Below are positions 52,096 to 60,944 of a stretch of DNA of 64,000 nucleotides, piece by piece (position 1 is the stretch's first letter; each line of letters begins with the position of its first letter). The notes under the pieces are model-generated. The model was not told the DNA's origin and did not search any database. It saw nothing but the letters and a program-made list of their open reading frames with translations. This DNA comes from an uncultured Actinomycetota bacterium (GTDB lineage Bacteria > Actinomycetota > Actinomycetes > Propionibacteriales > Nocardioidaceae). The stretch is taken from assembly GCA_963800225.1 (NCBI GenBank), contig CAWDAF010000007.1, positions 27,256 through 91,255 on the forward strand, given 5' to 3'. A program made the position numbers and the translations under genes.

Positions 52096-52418
52096 TCCTG
52101 GTTCTGCGGGAACGGGAGCTCCGCCACCAGCGGGTGGTCCTTGTCGATCACGCCCATCTTCGCGGCACCACCGGGCGAGCCGAGGTCGTTGAAGAAGTCG
52201 ACGTTCGCGTTGTAGTAGTCCTTCCACTGCTCCGGCGTGTCGTCCTCGTAGAAGATCGCCTCGACCGGGCAGACGGGCTCGCAGGCACCGCAGTCGACGC
52301 ACTCGTCCGGGTGGATGTAGAGCATGCGCTTGCCCTCGTAGATGCAGTCGACGGGGCACTCGTCGACGCAGGCCCGGTCCTTCAGGTCCACGCAGGGCTG
52401 CGCGATGACGTAGGTCAC
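52092..52418 (-). CDS. fdxA: 7Fe ferredoxin (FdxA/FdxC type)
   Basis: C-terminal part of track ORF 52092..52877. GTG 52418 lies 6 nt after GGGAGG. MTYVIAQPCVDLKDRACVDECPVDCIY...CVDCGACEPVCP. Confidence 0.9.
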   Translation of the reverse strand: MTYVIAQPCVDLKDRACVDECPVDCIYEGKRMLYIHPDECVDCGACEPVCPVEAIFYEDDTPEQWKDYYNANVDFFNDLGSPGGAAKMGVIDKDHPLVAELPFPQNQE

Positions 52419-52521
52419 CTTGATCCTCCCGATGATGCTGTCTGTGGTGGTCCTCCACAGCCTAGTATCACGACCTGCCCGCACCGAACCGAACCCCGAC
52501 CGCAAGACGAAAGTCCCCGCC

Positions 52522-53526
52522 ATGACGCTGCCCCCCGGCCTCGGACCGCACTGCGTCGGCACCCGGGTGGTGGTCCGCCGCCGGCTCCCCGGCCTGACCG
52601 GTCCCTCGGGCGGCCCGGCGATGACCGACCTGCTCGGGACGATGGAGTCCTGGACCGCGACCGCGACGGTGGTGCGCGCCGAGGACGGCACCGCCACCGA
52701 GATCGCGCTGGCCGACATCGTGTCCGGCAAGCCGGTCCCGCCACGACCGTCGCCGCGGATGCGGGTGAGCGCCGAGGAGGCTTGCACGCTGGCCAACGCG
52801 TCGTGGCCGGCGGTGCACACCGAGCGGCTCGGGGACTGGCTCCTCCGGGCCTCCGGCGGTTTCAGCGCCCGCGCCAACTCGGTGATGGCGGTCGGTGACC
52901 CCGGGGTGCCGTTCGCCGACGCGCTGGCCCGGGCGGAGGCGTTCTACGCCGCCCACGACCTGCCCGCCTGGGCCCAGGTCGTGGTCGGCTCCGGCACCGG
53001 CGAGCGGTTCGAGGCCGCCGGCTGGGTCACCGCCCGTCCCGGCGAGGCCGACTCCGAGTTCCAGCTGGCCCCGGTTGCGCAGGCCTCCCGCGCCGTACGC
53101 CGCCTGGTGACGGCCTCCGCGCCCGAGGTGACGACGTCGACCACGGCCACCGCCGCCTGGCTCGCCCCCGACCAGCGCGCGCTGGCGCACCCCGACGACG
53201 CTCGCGCGGTGCTGGAGGGGCCGGCGGAGGTCGGGTTCGTGACCGTCGGCTCCCCCGTGGTCGCCCGCGGGCGCGTGGCCGCTGAGGGCGACTGGGCCGG
53301 CATCACCGACGTCTGGGTCTCCCCCGAGCACCGCCGCCAGGGTCTCGGCCTGGTGGTGCTGGACGCGCTGCTGGAGTGGGCCGCGGAGCGGGGGGCGCGC
53401 ACGGCGTACCTGCAGGTTCGCGCAGACAACGCTCCGGGGCTCGCTCTCTACGCCACACTGGGCTTCCGCACCCACCACACCTACCGCTACCTCGCGGCCC
53501 CGACGTCGCAGCAGCCCGGAGACTGA
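52522..53526 (+). CDS. GNAT-family N-acetyltransferase (two-domain)
   Basis: Track ORF 52420..53526 was trimmed to ATG 52522. The C-terminal motif A is VWVSPEHRRQGLGLVVLDALLEWA. Confidence 0.7.
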   Translation: MTLPPGLGPHCVGTRVVVRRRLPGLTGPSGGPAMTDLLGTMESWTATATVVRAEDGTATEIALADIVSGKPVPPRPSPRMRVSAEEACTLANASWPAVHTERLGDWLLRASGGFSARANSVMAVGDPGVPFADALARAEAFYAAHDLPAWAQVVVGSGTGERFEAAGWVTARPGEADSEFQLAPVAQASRAVRRLVTASAPEVTTSTTATAAWLAPDQRALAHPDDARAVLEGPAEVGFVTVGSPVVARGRVAAEGDWAGITDVWVSPEHRRQGLGLVVLDALLEWAAERGARTAYLQVRADNAPGLALYATLGFRTHHTYRYLAAPTSQQPGD

Positions 53527-53527
53527 C

Positions 53528-54121
53528 ATGCGCGCACGCCTGGCCCTCGCCCTCCTCGCGCTGGCGTGCGGCCTGGTCGTCACCAGCCCGGGCGCCACCG
53601 CGGCGGGCGGCTACCGGTACGCGGTGATCACCTTCCACAAGAACTACGCGAACACCTTCCGCTCCACCCTGACCTGGCAGGTCTTCCGGGTCAGCGACGG
53701 GCACCGGAGCACCGTGGAGCGGCGGCAGTGGCGGGCCGGCTCCGGCTTCACCCGCCGGTCGACGGACTCCTGCCGCCGCAACGACGGCTGGCTGCCCGAC
53801 GGGCGCTACCGGCCGCGCCTGGTCACCGACTACGGCGGCAGCCTGATCAAGGGCCGGGCCATCTACCTCGGCGACAAGCGCTGCCGCAACGGCACCCTGC
53901 GCACCGCGCTGTTCATCCACACCGAGCAGGGCGCCGGCAGCCGGCAGTGCCCGGACCGGCCTGGCGACCAGGCGTGCCGGTGGGAGTACCCGGCGATCAA
54001 CGACTACCGCTCCTACGGCTGCGTCAAGCTCGCCCCCGGCGACCTGCACGAGCTGTACGACGCGTGGCGGCGCTACTTCCGGGTCGGCTACACCGACCGG
54101 GTCCGCGTCGAGGTGCGCTGA
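53528..54121 (+). CDS. Secreted L,D-transpeptidase-like (YkuD-like) protein
   Basis: Track ORF of 197 aa with a signal peptide. LFIHTE...RSYGCVKLAPGDLHEL resembles the His/Cys catalytic region of YkuD. Several Cys pairs. Confidence 0.5.
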   Translation: MRARLALALLALACGLVVTSPGATAAGGYRYAVITFHKNYANTFRSTLTWQVFRVSDGHRSTVERRQWRAGSGFTRRSTDSCRRNDGWLPDGRYRPRLVTDYGGSLIKGRAIYLGDKRCRNGTLRTALFIHTEQGAGSRQCPDRPGDQACRWEYPAINDYRSYGCVKLAPGDLHELYDAWRRYFRVGYTDRVRVEVR

Positions 54122-54131
54122 GGGCTCCGGG

Positions 54132-54950
54132 TCAGCCCAGGCAGCCGATCCGCGCCCGCGCGTCGGCCGGCCCGGCGTGGTGGAACGCCTCGAGCGTCCA
54201 GGCGATGGCCTGCGGGTCCGAGGGGATCGACAGGTGCTCGGAGGTGTCCGCGGGGCAGCGGTCCTGCAGCGTGATGTCGGTGCTCCGTGCGCCGGGCTCG
54301 AGGAACGCCGAGGTGTAGGGCACCACGACCTCGTCGTACCGCGTCTCGACCTGGGTGTAGTCGACGTCGCCGGGGGTCTCGTCCGGGCTGTTCAGGGCCG
54401 TGAGGAACGGCGAGCCGTGGCGCTGCTGGTCGCAGGCCGTGCAGAGCGGTGACGAGCCGAAGGCCTGGTTGACGGTCGTGCCGTGGTTGGACGGCGCGAG
54501 GCCGACCAGGTCGTCGACGTAGGCGTCCCCGCCCAGGTGCTTCACGTAGTAGCGCGGCATCATCCCGCCCTGGGAGTGGCCGACCATCTCGACCTTGGCC
54601 GCCCCGGTGGACGCGAGCACCCGGGCCACGAAGTCCCTCAGCTCAGCGGCGGAGTCCTCGATCGGGCCGGTCGCCCGGTTGCCGTAGTCGAGCGCGTAGA
54701 CGCAGAACCCGTCCCGCTCGAGCGCCGCGGACAGGCTGTCGAGACCGGACTTCTGGTCCCCGAAGGTGCCGTGCACGATCACCGCCGGCTCCGGCCGTGC
54801 GGCGGTGGGACGGCAGGACCAGTCGTTGGCCCCGGCCGGTGGCCAGCCCGTCGAGAGGTCCGCCGCCCGTGCCGGCGTGGTCGCGCCCGCCGTCAGCACG
54901 GCGGCGACCAGGGCGAGGGCGGTCAGGGACGTCCGGAGCACACGAGTCAT
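54132..54950 (-). CDS. Secreted alpha/beta-hydrolase lipase/esterase (class 2 lipase-like)
   Basis: Track ORF of 272 aa with a signal peptide. VIVHGTFGD and MVGHSQGG (nucleophile elbow). Confidence 0.75.
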   Translation of the reverse strand: MTRVLRTSLTALALVAAVLTAGATTPARAADLSTGWPPAGANDWSCRPTAARPEPAVIVHGTFGDQKSGLDSLSAALERDGFCVYALDYGNRATGPIEDSAAELRDFVARVLASTGAAKVEMVGHSQGGMMPRYYVKHLGGDAYVDDLVGLAPSNHGTTVNQAFGSSPLCTACDQQRHGSPFLTALNSPDETPGDVDYTQVETRYDEVVVPYTSAFLEPGARSTDITLQDRCPADTSEHLSIPSDPQAIAWTLEAFHHAGPADARARIGCLG

Positions 54951-55006
54951 GCAGGGAGCAACGAGCCCGTCCCGTGGGGGTTACGACGCTGGGTGGCGCC
55001 ACGGCC

Positions 55007-56731
55007 CTAGGAGCAGATCACCGTGTCGGAGGGCGTGTAGCCGGTGTGCATCCGCTCGCGGTGGTCGAGGGCGTCGCTGCCGTGCCGGTAGAACAGCCGG
55101 AACACGTCGATGTCGAAGCCGTCGTAGCCGCGGTTCGGGACGCACCCGGCGCCGCTGAGGTGCCGGACCCTGGGTGCGGTGGCGGCGTAGCGGGCGGACT
55201 TCTCGGCCCTGATGTCCCAGTACCTCGTGGAGTACATCGTCACCCGCATGGTGCCCCGGTGCGTGCGGGTCGCCCGGTCGACCGAGGCCTTCACCAGCAC
55301 GCCGTACGGCGTGGTGTCGCGGAAGCGCAGGTCGACGTCGGGCCACACCACCGTCGCCTCCCGGCCGACCGGGTAGCGGCTGATGTAGAACGAGTGCGCC
55401 TTGTGCTCGACGTCCTCGAGGCCGGCGAAGAACGCCGCGTTGAACGTGGTGGTGGCGACCTGGCTGACCCCGCCGCCGAGGTCCTGGGTGAAGACGCCGT
55501 CGGCGATGATGTAGCCCCTGGTGAAGCCGTTCGCGGCGGTGCGCTCCCCGACGACCCTGTTCAGGCTGAACGTCTCCCCCGGCTTCAGCACCGTGCCGTC
55601 GACCAGCTGCGCGGCGCGGCCCAGGTTGATGTTGCGGTAGGCCGCGTAGGGGAAGTGCGTCGTGAAGCCGGAGACCCGCTCGGTGATCCCGAGCCGGCGG
55701 ACGTCGGCGGTGCTCACGTCGGGCTTCGCGGGCACGCTGCGCACCGACAGCGTGCGGGCGGCTCCGTCGGCCGTCAGCACCTGGAGGAACCCGTCGGTGA
55801 CCTCCTGGGGGTCGACCGAGACGCCGTCGCGCGCGGGCACGATCCGCGGCCGGCCGCGGACCACCTCGATCCGGGCGTCCCGCGGGGCGTCGGTGATCGC
55901 CTTGAGCCTGGGCCGCAGCACCGCCATCAGCCGGGCGCCGTCGAGCCGCGGCTCCAGCGTGCCGTCCACGGCCGTCATCGACAGCGCGCCGGCGAAGTCG
56001 TCGGGCTGCAGCTGCACGCCCTCGCCGTCGAGGCGGACGACGACCGGACCGGACAGCGCCGGGTTGGCGAACCCGTCCATCGCCCGGCTCACGGCGTCCT
56101 TGGTGACGGCCGGGTCGTCCGCCCGGGTCGGCAGCACCACCACGCCGTCCTGGGTGCGGTCGGGGTGCAGGAAGGCTCGGCGTACGACGTCCGCGGCCGC
56201 CGCGCGGTCCACGACGAGACCCTTCCGGGGATAGCGCGGCTCGGCCGAGCCGTTGACGAACCGGACCTGGCCGTCCACCGCCGGCTCGTCCACCCGGTCC
56301 GCGATGCCGGCCACCGCCGCCCCGAGCGTCGCCTCGTCGACCCGCACGACCGGCTCGAGGTCGTGCCGCCCGGCGAACCAGTCCCAGACCCGGCGCGGGT
56401 CCCAGCTCGCCTCGTGGCGGGTCTGGGCCAGGCTCGCGGAGACGTCGACCCGGAGCCCGGCCGCCGCGGGCCGGACCGTGGTCCGCTCGCCGGCCGCGCT
56501 CACCGTCAGCGGCTCGGCCGCCCGGCCGTCGAGGCCCTCGGCGAGCAGCCGGCGGGCGGCCTCGGGGCGGAGGCCGCCGATGTCGATGCCGCCGACCCGG
56601 GTGCCCTGCGCGACCCGGTCCGCGGTCCAGGCGGCGGTGGCGGCGTACATGCCACCGAAGATGACCAGCAGGCCGACCAGCAGCCACGGGATCACGCGCC
56701 GGTCGCTGGTGCGGTAGCGCTGATCGCTCAC
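55007..56731 (-). CDS. VanW-family protein
   Basis: Track ORF of 574 aa. N-terminal TM helix, PG-binding-like repeats, and a VanW core: FSLNRVVGERTAANGFTRGYII...GGGVSQVATTTFNAAFFAGL. Confidence 0.8.
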   Translation of the reverse strand: MSDQRYRTSDRRVIPWLLVGLLVIFGGMYAATAAWTADRVAQGTRVGGIDIGGLRPEAARRLLAEGLDGRAAEPLTVSAAGERTTVRPAAAGLRVDVSASLAQTRHEASWDPRRVWDWFAGRHDLEPVVRVDEATLGAAVAGIADRVDEPAVDGQVRFVNGSAEPRYPRKGLVVDRAAAADVVRRAFLHPDRTQDGVVVLPTRADDPAVTKDAVSRAMDGFANPALSGPVVVRLDGEGVQLQPDDFAGALSMTAVDGTLEPRLDGARLMAVLRPRLKAITDAPRDARIEVVRGRPRIVPARDGVSVDPQEVTDGFLQVLTADGAARTLSVRSVPAKPDVSTADVRRLGITERVSGFTTHFPYAAYRNINLGRAAQLVDGTVLKPGETFSLNRVVGERTAANGFTRGYIIADGVFTQDLGGGVSQVATTTFNAAFFAGLEDVEHKAHSFYISRYPVGREATVVWPDVDLRFRDTTPYGVLVKASVDRATRTHRGTMRVTMYSTRYWDIRAEKSARYAATAPRVRHLSGAGCVPNRGYDGFDIDVFRLFYRHGSDALDHRERMHTGYTPSDTVICS

Positions 56732-56741
56732 GGCAGGAACT

Positions 56742-57080
56742 CTAGGTGCTCGGGTGCCGCCCGCCCGCCAGCGAAACGATCCCCACGGCGACCAACGTGA
56801 AGCCGGTGCCGAGCAGCACGTAGCCCTCGAGGTCGGCGGCCACCACGTAGTCCCCCTCCGGGCGGCCGGCGACCGCGAGCAGCAGCACGGCGAGCCACCC
56901 AGCGACGTACGACGCGGCGGTCCGGGGCCACCGCGAGCGCAGCAGCCACCACGGGACGGCGAGGCTCGTGGCGACCGCCAGCAGCAGCCCGGCCGGTGCC
57001 GCGGACCGGTGCACGGCGAGGGCCGCCAGGCCGACGACGAGCCCGAGCAGCAGGCAGCCGAGGTGCCGCAGCAGGGCCAC
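56742..57080 (-). CDS. Small polytopic membrane protein downstream of mshB (possibly DUF6113)
   Basis: Track ORF 56742..57704 was trimmed to GTG 57080. Four hydrophobic helices. The family name is from memory. Confidence 0.5.
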   Translation of the reverse strand: MALLRHLGCLLLGLVVGLAALAVHRSAAPAGLLLAVATSLAVPWWLLRSRWPRTAASYVAGWLAVLLLAVAGRPEGDYVVAADLEGYVLLGTGFTLVAVGIVSLAGGRHPST

Positions 57081-57088
57081 CCCGCGAC

Positions 57089-57994
57089 TCAGACCAGGCC
57101 GGCGAACAGGTCGGTCTCGAGCCCGTCCTCGTTGGTCGGACCCGGCACGCCCTTGGCCAGCCGGTAGAACTCGGTGCCCCACACCTGGTTGCCGATGTTG
57201 TTCGACAGCGCGAAGAACGGCCCGTCGACGGCGATCTGGGTGGCGTGCGCCTTCATCGCGCGGATCTTCGCGTCCGCGAAGTCGTTCGCGTCCACCACCG
57301 CGGAGAGCAGCTCGTCGGGGACCATGAACGGCGGCAGCGGGCCCTCGGGGTCCATCCCCTCGAAGGAGGTGGTGTCGCCGGCCGCCCGCAGGGCACGCAG
57401 CCCCTCGCGCATCCGGTTGACCGACATGGCGCCCCAGTAGACCTTGGCGATGTCCCACGCCGGGCCGAGCTCGGGCCGGTAGGACGGGACGGCGGCGAGG
57501 GCGGTGGCGTACGTCGCGACCCGGTGCGCCTGGATGTGGTCCGGGTGGCCGTAGCCCCCGAACTGGTCGTAGGTCACCAGCACCTGCGGGCGCACCTCGC
57601 GGATGATCTCGACGAGCAGGTCCGCGGCCTCGAGCAGGTCGGCCCTCCAGAAGGTGCCGTCCTTGACCTCCTCGCCCGCCGCGGCGTGGCCGTGCTCGTT
57701 CCACACCATGCCGGAGTCGCGGTAGTGGCCCGCGCCGCCGAGGAACCGGTGGTCGGTGACCCCGAGCTCCTTCATCGCGTTGGCGAGCTCGGTGATCCGG
57801 TGCTCGCCGAGGCGGTCCTCCTTGTCGGCGGCGACGTGCGCCAGCTCGGGGACCAGCACCTCACCCTCCTCGCCGAGGGTGCAGGTCACCAGGGTGACCT
57901 GGGTCCCGCGTGCGGCGTAGCTGGCCATCGTGGCGCCCTGACCGATCGTCTCGTCGTCGGGGTGAGCGTGCACGAGCATCAGCCGTTGGTCCAT
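57089..57994 (-). CDS. mshB: GlcNAc-Ins deacetylase MshB (LmbE family)
   Basis: Track ORF of 301 aa. LMLVHAHPDDETIG, YGHPDHIQAH, and full-length collinearity with the MshB pattern. Confidence 0.85.
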   Translation of the reverse strand: MDQRLMLVHAHPDDETIGQGATMASYAARGTQVTLVTCTLGEEGEVLVPELAHVAADKEDRLGEHRITELANAMKELGVTDHRFLGGAGHYRDSGMVWNEHGHAAAGEEVKDGTFWRADLLEAADLLVEIIREVRPQVLVTYDQFGGYGHPDHIQAHRVATYATALAAVPSYRPELGPAWDIAKVYWGAMSVNRMREGLRALRAAGDTTSFEGMDPEGPLPPFMVPDELLSAVVDANDFADAKIRAMKAHATQIAVDGPFFALSNNIGNQVWGTEFYRLAKGVPGPTNEDGLETDLFAGLV

Positions 57995-58003
57995 GCCGCC
58001 ATG

Positions 58004-58300
58004 CTATTCGGCGGCCGGTGGCCGCTTCACACGGCGTGGGGCGGCGGGCAGGTCCAGCGGCGGCCGCGACACCGGCGGCTGTGGCGCACCGGTGTCGTCC
58101 AGCCAGCCGTCGTACTCCTCGACCAGCACCTCCAGCATCGCCGGCGGGGCGTCGGTGACCACTGCCCAGGGGTGGTCCTCGTCGTCGTCCTCGCCGGCGA
58201 ACCGCTCCCGGCTGAGCTCGGCGTCGAAGCCGTTGCGGCGCAGCCGGTCCGCGGCGGCCCGGGCGTCGGCGTCCTCCCAGAACAGCCCGCGCACGCTCAC
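58004..58300 (-). CDS. Hypothetical acidic protein
   Basis: Track ORF 58004..58954 was trimmed to GTG 58300 (GTGA overlap with the upstream stop). VSVRGLFWEDADARAAADRLRRNGFDAEL... Confidence 0.4.
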   Translation of the reverse strand: MSVRGLFWEDADARAAADRLRRNGFDAELSRERFAGEDDDEDHPWAVVTDAPPAMLEVLVEEYDGWLDDTGAPQPPVSRPPLDLPAAPRRVKRPPAAE

Positions 58301-59430
58301 AGGAGCTCCGCCTCGATCTCCGGCGCCCGGGTCAGCAGGGCGGCCAGGGCGGCCTCGGTGCGCTCCGGCTCCCCGAGTGCGGTGAGGGTGCGCATCTGCT
58401 CGTCGCCGGCCGCCACCGCGGCCCGGATGGCGTCGGCGGCGAGCCGCACCCGGGCCGGGACGGCGGCCAGCAGCTCGCGGCCGGTGAGGCCGCCGTACGC
58501 CGCGGCGATCAGCTCCAGGCGGCGGGCGGCGTCGGCGGGCGGGACCGGCCGGAACAGCGGGACCGCGGTCCAGGCGAGGTGCGCGAGCTCGTTCAGCGGG
58601 GTCGAGGGGCCGGCGAGGTCCCAGTCGAAGACGCCGGAGAGCCGGTCGCCCTCGAAGCAGAGGTTGTACGGCGCGAGGTCGTTGTGCCCGACGACGCTGG
58701 GATCGTCGACGGCGAGGAACCGCCGGGGGCCGGTGGGCTCGAGGTCGGCGACCGCCTCGTGCAGCTCGCGCGCCCAGCGGCTCACGTCGGCGAGCTGCTC
58801 GTCGCTGAGCTGCTCCGCGTCGACGTCGACCACGGTCCCGGGCAGGTAGGTGAGCATCTCGCGACCGCGGGCGTCGACGCCGTACACCCGCGGGACGGCC
58901 CTCAGGCCGCGCTCGCCGAGGTGGCCCAGCAGCCGGTGCAGCGCCGGGGTCCACGGCCCCGTCGCCCGGCGGACGGTCCCGCCGATCCGCACGGCCCCGC
59001 CGACGTTGCCGCCCTCGAGCCGGTGCCCGTCCAGCAGCAGCCCGCGCAACTCGTCGAGGAACGGCAGGTCCGGACCGAGCCAGCGGACCTCGCCGAGCTC
59101 CTCCGGCCCGAGCCAGCGGACCGCGTCGTGCTCGTGCGGCACCGGCTCCCCGTCGACCAGCTCGGCCACCACGACCCGGAGCGTGTAGCGATCCTTGATC
59201 GGCTGCTCGCCGCTGAGCCAGCCGGTCACCCGGGCCTCACAGCCGAGCTCCTCGTGGATCTCCCGGACGATCGCGGCGGCCGGGTCCTCCCCCGGCTCGA
59301 CCTTGCCGCCGGGGAACTCCCACAGCCCTGCGGCCTCGGGCGGATGCGTGCGCCGGGTGGCGAGCACCCGGCCGTGCCGGACGAGCGCCGCGCCGACGAC
59401 GAGGACGGGGGGCAGGGACACGCTGCGCAT
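58297..59430 (-). CDS. NUDIX hydrolase (MutT-like) fused to an aminoglycoside/choline-kinase-like phosphotransferase domain
   Basis: Track ORF 58297..60630 was trimmed to ATG 59430, because the upstream part is antisense to a high-GC3 plus-strand gene. Nudix box GGKVEPGEDPAAAIVREIHEELG. Kinase Brenner-type motif VVGHNDLAPYNLCF and VFDWDLAG. Confidence 0.75.
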   Translation of the reverse strand: MRSVSLPPVLVVGAALVRHGRVLATRRTHPPEAAGLWEFPGGKVEPGEDPAAAIVREIHEELGCEARVTGWLSGEQPIKDRYTLRVVVAELVDGEPVPHEHDAVRWLGPEELGEVRWLGPDLPFLDELRGLLLDGHRLEGGNVGGAVRIGGTVRRATGPWTPALHRLLGHLGERGLRAVPRVYGVDARGREMLTYLPGTVVDVDAEQLSDEQLADVSRWARELHEAVADLEPTGPRRFLAVDDPSVVGHNDLAPYNLCFEGDRLSGVFDWDLAGPSTPLNELAHLAWTAVPLFRPVPPADAARRLELIAAAYGGLTGRELLAAVPARVRLAADAIRAAVAAGDEQMRTLTALGEPERTEAALAALLTRAPEIEAELL

Positions 59431-59460
59431 GATGCCAGGCCGCGCGGTCACACTGGAGCG

Positions 59461-60576
59461 ATGGAGCCCCTTCCGTCGACCGCGTCGCCCCGCCCGGGCG
59501 TGCACCTGCTGCGCAGCGACGACCGGGTCGCCGAGGTCGAGGCGCTCGTCGCCCGGCTCGGCGGCCGGGTCGGGCTGGCCGGGGTGCTCGGCGACCTCGA
59601 CCGGACGGCGCGCGCGGTCCGGGTGCCCGCACCCGCCGCGACGTGGGGCTTCCGCTGGGACCGGGAGGACGGCAGCTCGCGGCGCTGGTGGCCGCAGGGC
59701 ATCACCACCTCCTCGGACGCGGCCACCGGTGACTCCGGCGGGCTCGTCGACGGACGGTCGGTGCTGGTGACCAGCGCCTACTCCCAGCGCGTCGACGGGG
59801 TGTCGATGGGGGCGCGGCTGACGTTCGTGGACCTCAGCGACCCCGCGGCGATCCGCTACCGGCACGTGCTCCTGGTCGAGCCGTTCCTGCGCGACGACGG
59901 CTCGGTCGACGTACGCCCGGTGTCGGTGCACGCCGGCGGGATCGTGTGGCACGGCCGGCACGTGCACGTGGCCGGGACGACGCGCGGGTTCAGCTCCTTC
60001 GACCTCGACGACGTCGTCCGGGTGCCGGCCGGGGACACGACCCGGCTGCGGGTCCGCGACACCGCACCGGCGACCGTCGACGCCTACGGCTTCCGCTACC
60101 TGCTGCCGGTGCGGTTCACCTACGACGCGCGTGCGGCCTCCGGGACCGAGAAGCTCCGCTACTCCTTCGTCTCGCTGGACCGGAGCACGTCCCCCGCCGA
60201 GCTCGTGGCCGGAGAGTACGGCAGGGCCGACATGACCACCCGGCTGGCGCGGTACGAGATCGACCCGGTGACCTCGCAGCTGCGCGCCGACCACGACGGC
60301 GCCTGCCGCCCCAGCGTGCTCGAGGAGGGCGGCGTGCCTGGCATGCAGGGCGCGACCAGCGTGGACGGCACCTGGTACGTCACCACCAGCCGCGGCCGCT
60401 ACCGGCTCGGCAGCGTCTGGGTCGGCCGGCCCGGCGCGCTCGTCGAGCACCGGCGCCAGCTGCCCGTGGGCCCGGAGGACATCGCCTACTGGCCCGAGCG
60501 CGACCAGCTCTGGTCGCTGAGCGAGTACCCGGGTGCCCGGTTCGTGTACGCGATGCCCCGCTCCCGCTTCCACTGA
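59461..60576 (+). CDS. Hypothetical protein (371 aa, predicted beta-rich, no motif recognised)
   Basis: Real part of track ORF 58579..60576, starting at ATG 59461. Very high GC3 throughout. RWWPQGITTS...HAGGIVWHGRHVHVAGT...GMQGATSVDGTWYVTTSRG. Confidence 0.6.
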   Translation: MEPLPSTASPRPGVHLLRSDDRVAEVEALVARLGGRVGLAGVLGDLDRTARAVRVPAPAATWGFRWDREDGSSRRWWPQGITTSSDAATGDSGGLVDGRSVLVTSAYSQRVDGVSMGARLTFVDLSDPAAIRYRHVLLVEPFLRDDGSVDVRPVSVHAGGIVWHGRHVHVAGTTRGFSSFDLDDVVRVPAGDTTRLRVRDTAPATVDAYGFRYLLPVRFTYDARAASGTEKLRYSFVSLDRSTSPAELVAGEYGRADMTTRLARYEIDPVTSQLRADHDGACRPSVLEEGGVPGMQGATSVDGTWYVTTSRGRYRLGSVWVGRPGALVEHRRQLPVGPEDIAYWPERDQLWSLSEYPGARFVYAMPRSRFH

Positions 60577-60579
60577 CGC

Positions 60580-60685
60580 CGAGTCGGCGCGAACGCACGT
60601 TATCGGGCTGTCGAGTCGGCGCGAACGCACGTTATCGGGCTGTCGAGTCGGCGCGAACGCACCTCATGAACTGGCCGAGTCGGCG
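60580..60685. repeat. Repeat family locus 3: forward array (3 copies plus 1 degenerate, 32-bp register)
   Basis: Cores start at 60580, 60612 and 60644 (cgagtcggcgcgaacgcac, with tail gttatcgggctgt), plus a degenerate copy at 60676 (cgagtcggcgtgggtgcg). The array starts 4 nt after the stop of the upstream gene. Confidence 0.9.
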
Positions 60686-60802
60686 TGGGTGCGCGCGAGA
60701 GTGGTCGATGCCGACGGCTCGACGGCGGGTGGACGGGTCGGGACCGGCCACACTCGGACCCGGCTGTCACGAACGGCCACAATCGAGCGCACATAGGCAC
60801 GC

Positions 60803-60829
60803 ATAACGTGCGTTCGCGCCGACTCGGCG
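60803..60829. repeat. Repeat family locus 3: single inverted copy
   Basis: ataacgtgcgttcgcgccgactcggcg is the reverse complement of the core plus part of the tail. It lies 117 bp from the forward array. Confidence 0.85.
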
Positions 60830-60944
60830 GACCGATGACGAGCGCTCGCCCCGACCCGGTGTGACGCCGGCCACCCCGGGGTAAGGGAGGATCAGACCGT
60901 AGGGCTCGTCCACCACCACCTGACCGCTCAGCCCGGAGGCGCTC

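Noticed and set aside
50929-52458. Single 509-aa ORF suggesting a ferredoxin-aminotransferase fusion
   Set aside because: The N-terminal extension beyond ATG 52095 is in a frame with nonsense-like, Arg-rich sequence. The ferredoxin is encoded in a different frame (52092..52418) and joins dapC by an ATGA overlap.
54797-56800. 667-aa plus-strand ORF and 568-aa minus-strand ORF (54981..56687) overlapping the VanW gene
   Set aside because: Both are alternative-frame or antisense shadows. Only frame 55007..56731 (-) gives a TM anchor plus VanW-domain sequence.
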